DNA of 64,000 nt, taken from positions 992,001 through 1,056,000 of the forward strand of contig CATNEN010000002.1 in assembly GCA_950097015.1 (NCBI GenBank). The letters run 5' to 3'. Both the position numbers and the translations under genes were made by a program. The DNA is from Macrostomum hystrix (taxonomy: Eukaryota > Animalia > Platyhelminthes). The first letter of the stretch is position 1; every line of letters begins with the position of its first letter. The notes below the pieces were generated by a model, which saw only the letters and a list, made by a program, of their open reading frames with translations, made no database searches and was not told the DNA's origin. Positions 37,501 through 48,700 of this stretch are shown in pieces.

Positions 37501-39928
37501 GGGTTACAAGGAGTTAGGGTTAATCGCTTCGCTTCCGCTTCGCTTCCGCTTCGCTTCCGCTTCGCTTCCGCTTCGCTTCCGCTTCGCTTCCGCTTCGCTT
37601 CCGCTTCGCTTCCGCTTCGCTTCCGCTTCGCTTCCGCTTCGCTTCCGCTTCGCTTCCGCTTCGCTTCCGCTTCGCTTCCGCTTCGCTTCCGCTTCGCTTC
37701 CTCTTCGCTTCCGCTTCGCTTCCGCTTCGCTTCCGCTTCGCTTCCGCTTCGCTTCCGCTTCGCTTCCGCTTCGCTTCCGCTTCGCTTCCGCTTCGCTTCC
37801 GCTTCGCTTCCGCTTCGCTTCCGCTTCGCTTCCGCTTCGCTTCCGCTTCGCTTCCGCTTCGCTTCGCTTACAGTGTACTTCGAGAAGTACAGTGCCATTA
37901 TATCTCGAAATAAAACAGCTAGATCACCAAGAAAGGCTTGGGGGCATGCGTTAATCGCATGTCCACAGTCCCTGAAAGTAGAACTAAAAAGAACACCAAC
38001 TACTAAGAAGGCTTAACAAATAATAATTTAGCACCAATGCCATAAAAAGCTTTGACATAATTAAGAAAGCATATTAAAAGATGATAAGCAAACTTACAAG
38101 TCTATCACACCAACTGATAATGAGACTTTGCCTCCAAGTTTAATTGGAACGCCGGTTCGATTAGCAATTTCGTCAAGGCTAGGAATGACACTCAGGTGGG
38201 CCTTCATCCTATCCTGCCAATAGAATTCCACGCCACGCAGACTTGGTTTGGCTGTGGAAGATTAATAATGAATATTTGGTTACTGATGGATTACGAAGGC
38301 TGATGATGATGCGATACTGATGGATTATGAAGGCTGTTCAGCTAGCTAGTGTGATACATAAATGGGTCTCAAACTTAAATGGTGTAAGTGTGACTGTTAT
38401 CCATAGTACATATATCTATCTACCTTTCGTCACATCGTTTAAAAAACAAATTCAAAGCAAACGAATCGGTCGAATTCTTACAGCCAACAGCAAGTAGAGT
38501 AGCTCTGCTTAGCCCAATCGGCTCTCCAAGACTGTTGACCAGGCCACATCGATACCATCCGCTGTGCTGTTGAATTTCCACCTTGGCAAGGTGAAACACG
38601 ACGGCGCTTGAGTTCCGCCAAGTTTGAGTCGAAACAATCGCGGACTTGCTCGCCTGAGTTGGCGCAAACAGAAGGCCAACAGTTGCTAATAACTCCCAGC
38701 TATTTGGCGCCTTACAGGAGCACATGAGGTCAACAGAGCTGCCGTTCAAAATCACCGAGCCGTTTGAGCTGAGCTGCAAGTCTGTGCAATTTTTCCAAGA
38801 AATTAGCATTTTTAGTGTGACTTTCTACTAAAAAGTAGTTTGTGCTACTTATCATTTATTTTTGCGTTTTTCACCACGTTGAGTTAGCGCTCTCACTGTA
38901 CTTTCTCTCCCCCTGACTGTTAAACTTCTTAGCTAGCCTTCGCTTATCTTTCGTCTCCGATTGGCTAGCTGTTCGTCTCTCTTTCCTAACCAACAGAAGC
39001 CTTCGCTTCTCTTTCCTCTCCGATTGGCTAGCTGTTCGTCTCTCTTTCCTAACCAACAGAAGCCTTCGCTTCTCTTTCCTCTCCGATTGGCTAGCTGTTC
39101 GTCTCTCTTTCCTAACCCACAGAAGCCTTCGCTAATTCGCTTCTCTTTCCTCTCCGATTGGCTAGCTGTTCGTCTCTCTTTCCTAACCCACAGAAGCCTT
39201 CGCTTCTCTTTCCTCTCCGATTGGCTAGCTGTTCGTCTCTCTTTCCTAACCCACAGAAGCCTTCGCTTCTCTTTTCTCTCCGATTGGCTAGCTGTTCGTC
39301 TCTCTTTCCTAACCCACAGAAGCCTTCGCTTCTCTTTCCTCTCCGATTGGCTAGCTGTTCGTCTCTCTTTCCTAACCCACAGAAGCCTTCGCTTCTCTTT
39401 CCTCTACGATTGGCTAGCTGTTCGTCTCTCTTTCCTAACCCACAGAAGCCTTCGCTTCTCTTTCCTCTCCGATTGGCTAGCTGTTCGTCTCTCTTTCCTA
39501 ACCCACAGAAGCCTTCGCTTCTCTTTCCTCTCCGATTGGCTAGCTGTTCGTCTCTCTTTCCTAACTCACACGGACCCTCCTTTTCAGTTCTTACCCTCTG
39601 GCCCTAGCTCACTCGTGTTGCCTTTCTGCCTGCCCATCCTTATCTATTGATAAAATTATATTCTCGGCCTTTAAAGCTTGGCGCTTTAAACTAATTTTAA
39701 TTAATTTATTACAGTATGTGTTTTTTAAATGACCCATTTTCGGTAATCTTAATCCTTACCAAAAACGAATTCAGAATTAACTTGAGGTCTCTGTACAGGT
39801 GAACAAAGAGTTCCCGCAATGAGTGGTAGCACCACTATTAACGTCAGCAACGGCTTGACTACGCCAGCGTAGGAACTTGCGACTGTTAAACATCGCCAAT
39901 GTGTCTTAGTTCTCAGTACTAAAATCAT
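34596..39928 (-). CDS. gp130/Domeless-like type I cytokine receptor, paralog 1 (~647 aa, 7 exons)
   Basis: join(39760..39928,38482..38781,38098..38251,36524..36705,35736..36084,35060..35663,34596..34781), 1944 nt, intron phases 1,1,2,1,2,0. It encodes a signal peptide, an Ig domain (C..HSGWYRC), a Cys-rich D2 ending VCNRIGWC..EFDIRDK, an FN3 (EKPNPVRRLSV..LDISW..YSVTVRC..GHWSDNS), a further FN3 (NGRIQSYEL..VLASTSVG), a TM segment (IYFSFLIAPILLAFIVLGIYL) and a ~90-aa tail. Confidence 0.75.
36755..38048. repeat. ~160-bp direct duplication (36755-36912 and 37882-38048) flanking a segment with 19-bp and 11-bp arrays
   Basis: GAGAAGTACAGTGCCATTATA...GCACCAATGCCATAAAAAG occurs twice with few mismatches. 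The 19-bp TAGCAATGGTACACATCCG array lies at ~37190-37300. Confidence 0.85.
37525..37868. repeat. Near-perfect 11-bp array (GCTTCGCTTCC)n, ~31 copies
   Basis: Only one internal variant unit (CCTCTTCG at ~37700). Confidence 0.97.
38940..39565. repeat. Intronic 63-bp minisatellite (~10 copies)
   Basis: CGATTGGCTAGCTGTTCGTCTCTCTTTCCTAACCCACAGAAGCCTTCGCTTCTCTTTCCTCTC repeats, giving the 21-aa periodic ORFs. Confidence 0.95.
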
Positions 39929-40515
39929 GACAGCAATGAAATGGTTGCCATGCAACCTGCAAACGGCTGAAAGTAAGGTAAAATTTAATTATTTTATACA
40001 TGAAAAACATTTGGAAACTAGCACTAATGTTTGAACTTCTTATTTTGACAACTATTGACAACCACAACAAAAATGCTTGAATTCATTTTCTGACGGATAT
40101 TGAACACCTTATTCTTGATTGATTTTGAAAGACGGTAAATTTATTATGAAGTCTGAAATCTTAATACTGATTGCTTTAGAAGACTAATGTTGCAATACTA
40201 ACGAAGTAATTGTAAGTGATTGTACTAGCTAATAGACAAAGTATAAAATAAATAACAAGACATCTGGGTTTGTAAAATAAAGTGTCGGTAAATAAGGAAA
40301 ACGGAATTATTAAGTATTATTTTTTACAAAAAAGAATATTCGATATTCTTGACTAGAAAAAACACCAATAGAAAAACAAAAAGTTAATAAAGAATCTCGA
40401 AAACAATTAACCAAGGTAAGAATGGCTTTTCATTAAAAATGGAGTACAGATTCTCAAAAGAGGACAAAAACTAGCTTAGCATTTTGCAAGCTTGAAACTT
40501 GTTAGATTTCATGAG

Positions 40516-43500
40516 TCACTCAGGCCTGTTAGAATAGCCATCAAACTCAACAATGGCAGGGGAACAATAGTGTACACATGTATCAGTTAAGTCCGTGGCA
40601 ACAGTTTCTTCCGTCGCTAGCGTTGCAGATGTCTCAACAAAGTGCAATGAACTCTGTAAAACCAAAATGGGATCCAGTTAGCGATCGGTTGTTGTTAAAG
40701 GGGAAAACAATATAACTTGTCACTAAGAACCTACATACCTGAGAGTGCAAACACTCGTTAAGCTGCATGTCAGGCTCAGTAGGATAATTAAGATAAGAAT
40801 CTGCGGCCCGTAGGATGCTGTTTTGCTGCTTGCAACAAATGGCTCGCTGGTATAAAATCATAGCGCGAAATAGCGGCACAGAGAAAATCAGTGCAAAAAT
40901 CAACGCCGGCAAAGTGAACGATTCATTGAAATCGGAATATCGATGACTGGACTTTACGATGCCCGAAATAGGACAGGCAACACTGCGGCTGATCAACCAA
41001 CTAGCATAGCCTCCTAGCAATGATGATGACGTCATCGCACTGTTAAAGACTAGCCGCTTGCAGCCAATCAAATTGGCAATATTGAAGTTTGAATCTAGAC
41101 AGGCCACAACTCGATTCCCATGTGGTTGCATACTACTGTCACCGCAAGCTCCGTTAACCGGTCCAATAAGAAGTTGATCAGATTCAACTAGACTAGAATT
41201 CTCGCCAATAGAAGTGGCAGCAAAAATTGCCAATGAAAGATTTGACGAGTTATTGTTATAAAATGGAAATAATGAAGACAAATTCAGGCGCACAAATAAA
41301 AACGCCTCGGACAATAATAAAGAGTCATCGATAATTTGGCTTCGATTGGAAATCAGGTCGACAATTCGATAGTAGATAATTTGGCCATTTTTGCAGTTTC
41401 TGAAAAAAGACAAGAACGTTTTCTTAAGGGAAATTATCGTATTTAAATCGTGAAAAGAGATTAACTTGTAGCTCGAAATAAGTGGCTAAGGCGTTGGCCT
41501 CTAAAACAAAGGTCCCTGAGCTCGACTCGGCAGCGAGGCTACATTTATTTGGGGCGCAGCCGCGGAGAGAAGGCTTAAGGGCAGGGGTAGGCGAACTTAT
41601 TTGCTGGCGGGCCAAAGAGAGAGCCTAAAAGACGACAGCGGGCCGCATTGACTGTATAATTATGAGATAGGGGAGAGATGAGACACGGGAGAGATGAGAC
41701 ACGGGAGAGATGAGACACAGAAGAGATGAGACATGGGAGAGATGAGACATGGGAGAGATGAGACATGGGAGAGATGAGACACGGGAGAGATGAGACATCG
41801 GAGAGATGAGACACGGGAGAGATGAGACACGGGAGAGATGAGACACGGGAGAGATAAGACACGAGAGAGATGAGACACGGGGGAGATGAAACAGGATCTG
41901 TAGATCTCAGGAGGGGCAACGGACCGGATTTGGGAGCTTCGAGGGCCACGTCTGGCCCGCGGGCCGGAGTTTGCCGACCCCTGCTTTAGGGGCTTATCGT
42001 GCAATTTACGCCCTTGAGGGCCAACCTCCAAGGCACAGTGAGAGTGTACACTGCCTGACGATGAGAAAATCGAGGCCGATATACACACCTGTGAGTGTGT
42101 GCTCCCACAGTCGTTAAATATTTGAATCCATTTTTTATAAGACTGTAGTCTCACCGGTCAGAGGCGGGAAACACCAGAACATCCGGCGGCACCAGGAAGG
42201 CCTCGCCAGCTTTGGGATTGCACGGCAGCCACTCGGCTGACCGGCCAGCGACGCTGGAATTGTCGCTCCAATGGCCGGCGAAGAATTTCGGCCGGCAGCG
42301 CACCGTCACCGAGTAGCCGGTGTCCGGCTTGGCAGGCAGAGACAGACGGGTGGCGTTGGTTGCTAGGCAACGCCCGTCAGATAGCGATACCTGGTAGCTG
42401 TACTCCTGGTTGCCAGGCATTTCAGTGGTTGGCGGCTTCCAGCTGATGTCTAGCAGGTGGGCTTCGAAGCTGACGGACAGTCGACGCACCGGGTTGGGCT
42501 TCTCTGAAAGTAAAAAAAAATTCAAACTGAAACAAATGAAATGAAAATGAAACAATTTACTCTGTGTACTACACATTGAAAATTCATAAAAGGTTGTGGC
42601 CCAGTGGTTAGAGCGTCGGAATTATGAAGTTGAAGGTCGGGGTTCGATTCCCGACTCCACTGGAACAATTTGTCTCTTTGAGCAAGACACTTAACTCTAC
42701 GTTGCTTCAGTTCACCCTGCTGCTAAATGGGTACCAGCATTGGCCGGGGTAATTGAGGGGTAATTGTGTCGGCCCCAACAGTCCATGGACAGTCCTGAGA
42801 AGGTACACTGCCTGACAATGAGAAATTCGGGGTATATGTACAAATTTATGAGATTGCACCCGTGTGTTCAGAAATTAGCAGATTAAGATTCATATGAAAA
42901 AGGAAAAAAGTAAGATATAAAGTCAGTCTAACCAGTATCGCGCAAGTCAAATTGAAAACTATTAGCGCTGCACCATTTCAAGGCGTTGCACAATTTCAGC
43001 TGCACACACATTGAATGCATTTCGTTGAAAATTTCCTGGCGGAATCGACCCCAGTAGCAGTAACCCGTATTGCTATCGCACTTGCAATTGCAGCTTCTCA
43101 AGGTGGTTGACAGTTGAAAGCTGTGGATTAAATGCGGTGTTTTCTAAGCTAAAATTATTGCCGTTTGAGGGACTTTGTAGTCATTGACTTCTCTAATAGT
43201 AAAGTCGCCTACGGAGTCACTGACCCATTTATTTTGGGAGCACGAGAATTTTCCGCGGGAATTTTTCCTGCCGAGCTTTCCCCGCAGCGAGTTTTTCCTG
43301 CGACGAAAATTTGCCACAGGAGCTTTCCCCGCACGATTCTCGCGCAGCGAGTTTTTAAGGCAGGGAGAGTTTCCCCCAGAAAATTTCCCCGCCGAGATTT
43401 CCCTGCCGAGCTTTTACCGCTGAGATTTTCCCGCACAAATTTTCCCCTACCTGTCTGTCTGTCGACACAGGTAGCCAGCCAGGCAGACAGACAGACAGAC

Positions 43501-44528
43501 AGACAGACAGTCAGGCAGACAGACAGACAGACAGACAGAGAGGTAGGAAGTTAAACAGGCCATCTGTTTCTTGCGGGAAAATTTCTGTGCGGGGAAAATT
43601 CGTGCGGGAAAATCTTGCTGCGGGAGAATCTCGTGCGTGGAAAGCTCGGCGGGAAAAATCCCTGCGGTAAATTCTCATAGACCTATTTATTTTATAAGCA
43701 ACTCAAGGAGTCACTGACGCCCTTATTTGATAAGACGCCTAAGGAGTCACTGACTACTTTCGTATGCTAACGAGTAATGTGGAATTCACAAGATAAAACT
43801 CACGCTCTAGAATATTTCAGTTCTATAGACACCAATCCACCAAGCTCTGCTGGTACGCCGGTGTTGTTAGCAATCTCGGCTAGTGTTGGCTGCACAGCGG
43901 ACTCAAAAACTGACCGATCCATCCAGTAGAATGTCATACCCAATGCTCTGGGTGGAGCTAAATGCAATCGAACTATGTTTTAGTTGCTGACACAGAATGC
44001 AACATAATAAAACCACAAATTGAATACTTACAGCCAACAACAAGTCGACTTGGGTGACTGCAGACACTGGACAATCGCGCATATCCCACCCTGTTCGGAC
44101 AACCACAGCGATACCATCCACTGTGCCCACCAAAACTGACATTTGATAAATGAAATACAAAAGTAGCAGTTCGATTCAATACAGTAGGGTGAGCAGCGCC
44201 TTGTAAAGTGGAACAATCATCTGGATCGTGCCGACAGAATAGCAGATTAAAATTCGCGAACTCTTCTTTGGTGTTAACACGTTTGACGCAAAAGAAACGG
44301 AAGGTACTGCCCGATAGGATGAAGTGACTATTTCTGGGTAGCAGATCTGTTAAAATTTATATCAAACTGATTAGAAACAAGATCTGAGTGAGTGATTGAG
44401 TGTTGAACATGAACTAAAAAACCTAACTTACCAAACAAAAACGGTCGACTGTTAACTAGATCGAGTATTACAACAATGCAGATCGCATAAAATGGGCACC
44501 AAATTCCAGATAGCATCAGGCTAATCAT
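40516..44528 (-). CDS. gp130/Domeless-like type I cytokine receptor, paralog 2 (~633 aa, 7 exons)
   Basis: join(44432..44528,44032..44346,43804..43957,42933..43120,42155..42503,40739..41399,40516..40653), 1902 nt, with the same phases 1,1,2,1,2,0 as paralog 1. It encodes a signal peptide (MISLMLSGIWCPFYAICIVVILDLVNS), an Ig domain (HSGWYRC), D2 (SCNCKCD..C..LCNALKWC..FDLRDT), the WSDNS FN3, a further FN3 (NGQIIYYRI..IFAATSIG), a TM segment (FTLPALIFALIFSVPLF) and a short tail. The last exon is the least certain. Confidence 0.72.
41478..42110 (+). mobile_element. SINE family C copy interrupted by a 16-bp array (GGGAGAGATGAGACAC, ~41667-41890)
   Basis: AAGTGGCTAAGGCGTTGG...GGTCCCTGAGCTCGACTC head with body blocks shared with 33500-33700 on both sides of the array. 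Confidence 0.5.
42592..42790 (+). mobile_element. SINE family A copy (CORE-like)
   Basis: GTGGCCCAGTGGTTAGAGCG...GGTTCGATTCCCGACTCC.CTGGAACAATTTG...AGCAAGACACTTAACTCT...AAATGGGTACCAGCAT, collinear with the 19835 copy. Confidence 0.8.
43236..43684. mobile_element. MULE-like foldback non-autonomous element with a (CAGA)n core
   Basis: 9-bp TSD ATTTATTTT at 43227-43235 and 43685-43693. Long imperfect inverted arms built from TTTTCCCGC-like subrepeats, with a microsatellite at ~43450-43540. Confidence 0.7.
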
Positions 44529-44699
44529 TTATATGGTAGCATGAATTCGCTCAACGGTATTTCGACAGCGTTCGATCGACCATTAAAATTTGCAATTATG
44601 CATTATCTGGAAAAATGGTAAAATAAGTTTTTATCAAACACGATTTTTAACTACATCCTAGGAAAATATACTCTGGAAATCAGTTGACACACTTCAATC

Positions 44700-45296
44700 G
44701 TCTTCAATCAGCTGGAACTGACACTAATGACCAACGATTCAATCAGCTGGAACTGACACCAATGACCAACGTCTTCAATCAGCTGGAACTGACACTAATT
44801 ACTAACGTCTTCAATCAGCTGGAACTGACACTAATGACCAATGTCTTCAATCAGCTGGAACTGACACTAATGACCAACGTCTTCAATCAGCTGGAACTGA
44901 CACTAATTACTAACGTCTTGAATCAGCTGGAACTGACACTAATGACCAATGTCTTCAATCAGCTGGAACTGACACTAATGACCAACGTCTTCAATCAGCT
45001 GGAACTGACACTAATTACTAACGTCTTCAATCAGCTGGAACTGACACTGATGATAACGTCTTCAATCAGCTGGAACTGACACTGATGACTAACGTCTTCA
45101 ATAAACTGGAGCTGATACTAATGACCAATGTCTTCAATCAGCTGGAACTGACACTGATGATAACGTCTTCAATCAACTGGAACTGAAACTGATGACTAAC
45201 GTCTTCAATAAACTGGAGCTGATACTAATGACCAATGTCTTCAATCAACTGGAGCTGACATTGATGACTAACGTCTTCAATCAACTGGAGCTGACA
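44700..45296. repeat. 36-bp minisatellite TTCAATCAGCTGGAACTGACACTAATGACCAACGTC (~16 copies)
   Basis: Tandem copies between the FKBP stop and the receptor-2 start; source of the (NVFNQLELTLMT)n ORF. Confidence 0.95.
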
Positions 45297-45749
45297 AAAA
45301 ATCAAACCTATAGAAAAAAAGAAATAATAAGATTATTTCACACTGCCATGGTAAAAGCATTGGTTTATTCTCAATGTTGTATTTAAGAAAAAACTGAAAT
45401 AAGAATTGTGACTACAAGCAATAAAAGACAGTCACGAATTCTGCATGATGGATAATGTGCTCAGAAACAAGAGAACTACGTTCGTAGCATTGTAGCTTCA
45501 CTGAATTTCTGAGACATTTTTATCCTTTCATAAAAAGAAAGTGCTGCAAACACAAATAAGCAATGGTGATTTAAATGCCATCATTTAGGCCACACGAGAC
45601 ACATGGATGACTGACTGGTTGCTCAATTTCATGCCGGGAAGAAATAAAAAAAATGCTCAATTGATTTCGGTAATCAGGAGTGTGTTTATGATGTTTTTGG
45701 CGATACATTAATGTGCTATACATGGTTTTGTCCTTCTATTAGTTACACA

Positions 45750-48700
45750 CTATTTTTCATCGTCAGCTTCAGCGATGGCAGATCCAGCTAAGCCGACGCT
45801 GCGTTTCTTCTGCGGCATCACTTCGCCGAATGCTTCCAGTTCTTGAGGAATGCTCAGCATACCATCAGCTAGGCTGTTGTCCCAGGTGTCAATCACAAAG
45901 TCGGCGCCGTTAAAATCGCCACTGTGCTTGCCCTGCGAATTTTACTACTTTCTGTGTACAATCTACTTTGAGTCTACTTTTTAATTTATTTATACTTGGC
46001 TAAAGTCAAGACATCCAAAATAATTTTTTACCTTAATTAACTCATTTGCTCCCATTTCTTGCTCAGATCTCCCATGTTTGTTAATTTCATCATCTCACAC
46101 TCCATTCCTCTAATATTAAACCCGCTAATCAAGTTCCATTCCTTTATTTAGTAACATTCCCTACCTTAATCCAGTCACATACCTTACCCTAATCCAGTCA
46201 CATTACTTACCTTAATCCAGTCACATACCTTACCCTAATCCAGTCACATACCTTACCCTAATCCAGTCCCGTTTCTCCATTAATCATACCACACGTCTTC
46301 CCATAATTCTATCACTTTAATCCCCCCAAATCCTACTATTTTTATACCCTCCATTCCCTGAAATATCTTCCACTGATCCTATCGCATTTCTTGCATCATT
46401 TTTGTTTCATTTTTTTCTTTCATTGACATTTTCTAATATTTCTTTTCTTTTCTTTTTACCTTTCCTTATCACCACATATCAGCCAATTTTCCATTAATTA
46501 CACTCAGATTTCTATCTTCTAGCATTTCTTCCATAACATTGTTTTCTTTTCATAATTGCAATTTTCATAATTCATAATCTCACCTTGGCGTCCTGCTTGG
46601 CGAACCTATCAAACATTCCTGCAAAGATGCGTTTCTCTTTTTTAGCCACCTCCCTAGCGGCGGCCATAGATTTGTCAATGCCCTGCTTGGCGGCAGTGTT
46701 GGCCGGGTTGATGGCCAGACAGGCATTGAAGTCGGTCATGGCCAGGTCATAGTCGCAGGTCTCTAGCCTGGCTTGACCGCGTCGATAAAGAGCTTTCTCA
46801 TTCTTTGGATCCAAGCGCTCGAGCACAGCTGAGCACTGGGTCACCGCCTGCTGGAAGCGTCTGGTGCGAAGACAAACCAACGCCAGGTTTAGCCGACCGG
46901 CAAGCAACAGGCGGTTCCGATCGCTTAACAGGTCTGCATCGTCGCGAAAATCTGCGTCCCATTCTAGGTAGTCCACAACCTATAGTTTCAGACACGTATA
47001 TCGGACTGTAAATCGCGTATCAATGCTAATGTAAATTCAATATCGATTCGACTTTGCGAGTCATTAATTGTACTTTTAATATCGATCGGAATGTACATAG
47101 CGTGTCAATGCTAATGTAAATTCAATATCGATTCGACTGCACATTGCGAGTCATAAATTGTACTTTTAATATCGATCGGAATGTACATCACGGGTAGATT
47201 TTGATTTCAAGTTAATATCGATCGGACTGGACATCGCGTGTCATATTAATGCGCATTTGATATCGATCGAATTCTAATACATCGTGTGTATCATTCTAAT
47301 GTACATTACATATAGTTGAAATATCGCGTATCTTTTTAATTATAAAAATAAAATAATACGCAACCCACTGGCTAGGCAGTAATATACATTTCATGTCGTT
47401 CAGATCCTACGTAGCGTGTAATAATATAATATAAATGTACACTGTCTTGGCATTTTATATCTTGTTTTCTGTCTAGCTGCAAATACATCTATATTACATC
47501 TGCTTGACGTCTGTCGCTAATTTTGGCAACAATAAGGGCCTGTACCTTGTTTATCTGACGTCAGTTGCTATTTTTAGAAACCCATGTGACGTTCTCACAC
47601 TTAAAATATCCCCTGTTTATATGCTATTTGAGCAGTGCGCTGTGAATGCCAAAAACAGATTGTTTGGTTTCTTTAATCGAATCAAATTATAATTTTCTGT
47701 TAGTTTCTTATCTGAATGTTCATTTAGTTCCTACCATCAACCACCAGGATCATATTGACAGCGGCTACCGATCTGCGACTTTGTGCAACGTGATAGCTGT
47801 GTGTTTGACCCCGACTTACTCATTGAAAAACTTCTAGACCATCTGATGTCTGCTGCCTTGCTATCTTGCACTACAATTTGTACTACTCTGAATTCAACTC
47901 AGATTGGAGAAGAAGTTAGCTTCGAGAACTGGTAGATCTGAATTGTTATACAGGCAAGCTCGTGTACAGAAACCAGTTGCTGAGAATGTAGGTCGTGTTA
48001 CGAGCTAAAAATTACTGTATTGCAACTCACCCGCTTGCAGTGCAGATAAGCTAGCTTCAGATTTCCAGCGCTGAGGCACGCCACGCCCCTAGCCTTGGCG
48101 GCTTCCGCTTCAGTCAATTTGTCCCGCTTAGTCAACTGCCAGACCTCCTTGGGCTTGACAAAGTCCAACAGTTCCACCTGGTACACCAGGCTAGTATGGA
48201 CTGGTAAGCCAATCTCCTGACAGCTCTGGTTGCCATAGCCCTGACTAGGCGAATTCAGCCAGATCGCGGCTATTTCGCATTTGAACATTTTAGCGATAGC
48301 GACCTCAATGCCAGGGCAGAAGCCGTCAGTTGGTGGCAGAATTTCGCCCAACTCAAACTGCAACTGCTTAGCGGGTAGAAATTCTTTGATTGTTGAATAG
48401 TCCAAAGTAGAATTTTCTAGATCGGAAGAGCTCGACGGTGATTGGCTATACCAGCCTCGAAGTCGGACTGTGACCTGGCTGCCCAGAGTTGGACTGACAA
48501 AGCCTAAAATAGAGATTGAGGAAATTTATGTTTATTAATAGATCTCCCAAAACATTCAACCAATTGCCACGAAAATCCAGAGCTCCAGATCCTAAAGGTC
48601 CAGAAAATCTGCATCGTCTAGATATAACCACCAATATAGTCATACTTTTTCTGCTAACAAAATTTCTGAAGCAATCGTGTCGGCTATAATATTGTAAATT

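Noticed and set aside
37495-37525. Telomere-like GGGTTA/TTAGGG motifs
   Set aside because: Only isolated imperfect copies, not a tandem telomeric tract.
37381-38016. 211-aa and 139-aa ORFs (RFASASLPL / KRKRSGSEAEA repeats)
   Set aside because: They are translations of the 11-bp array in a receptor intron.
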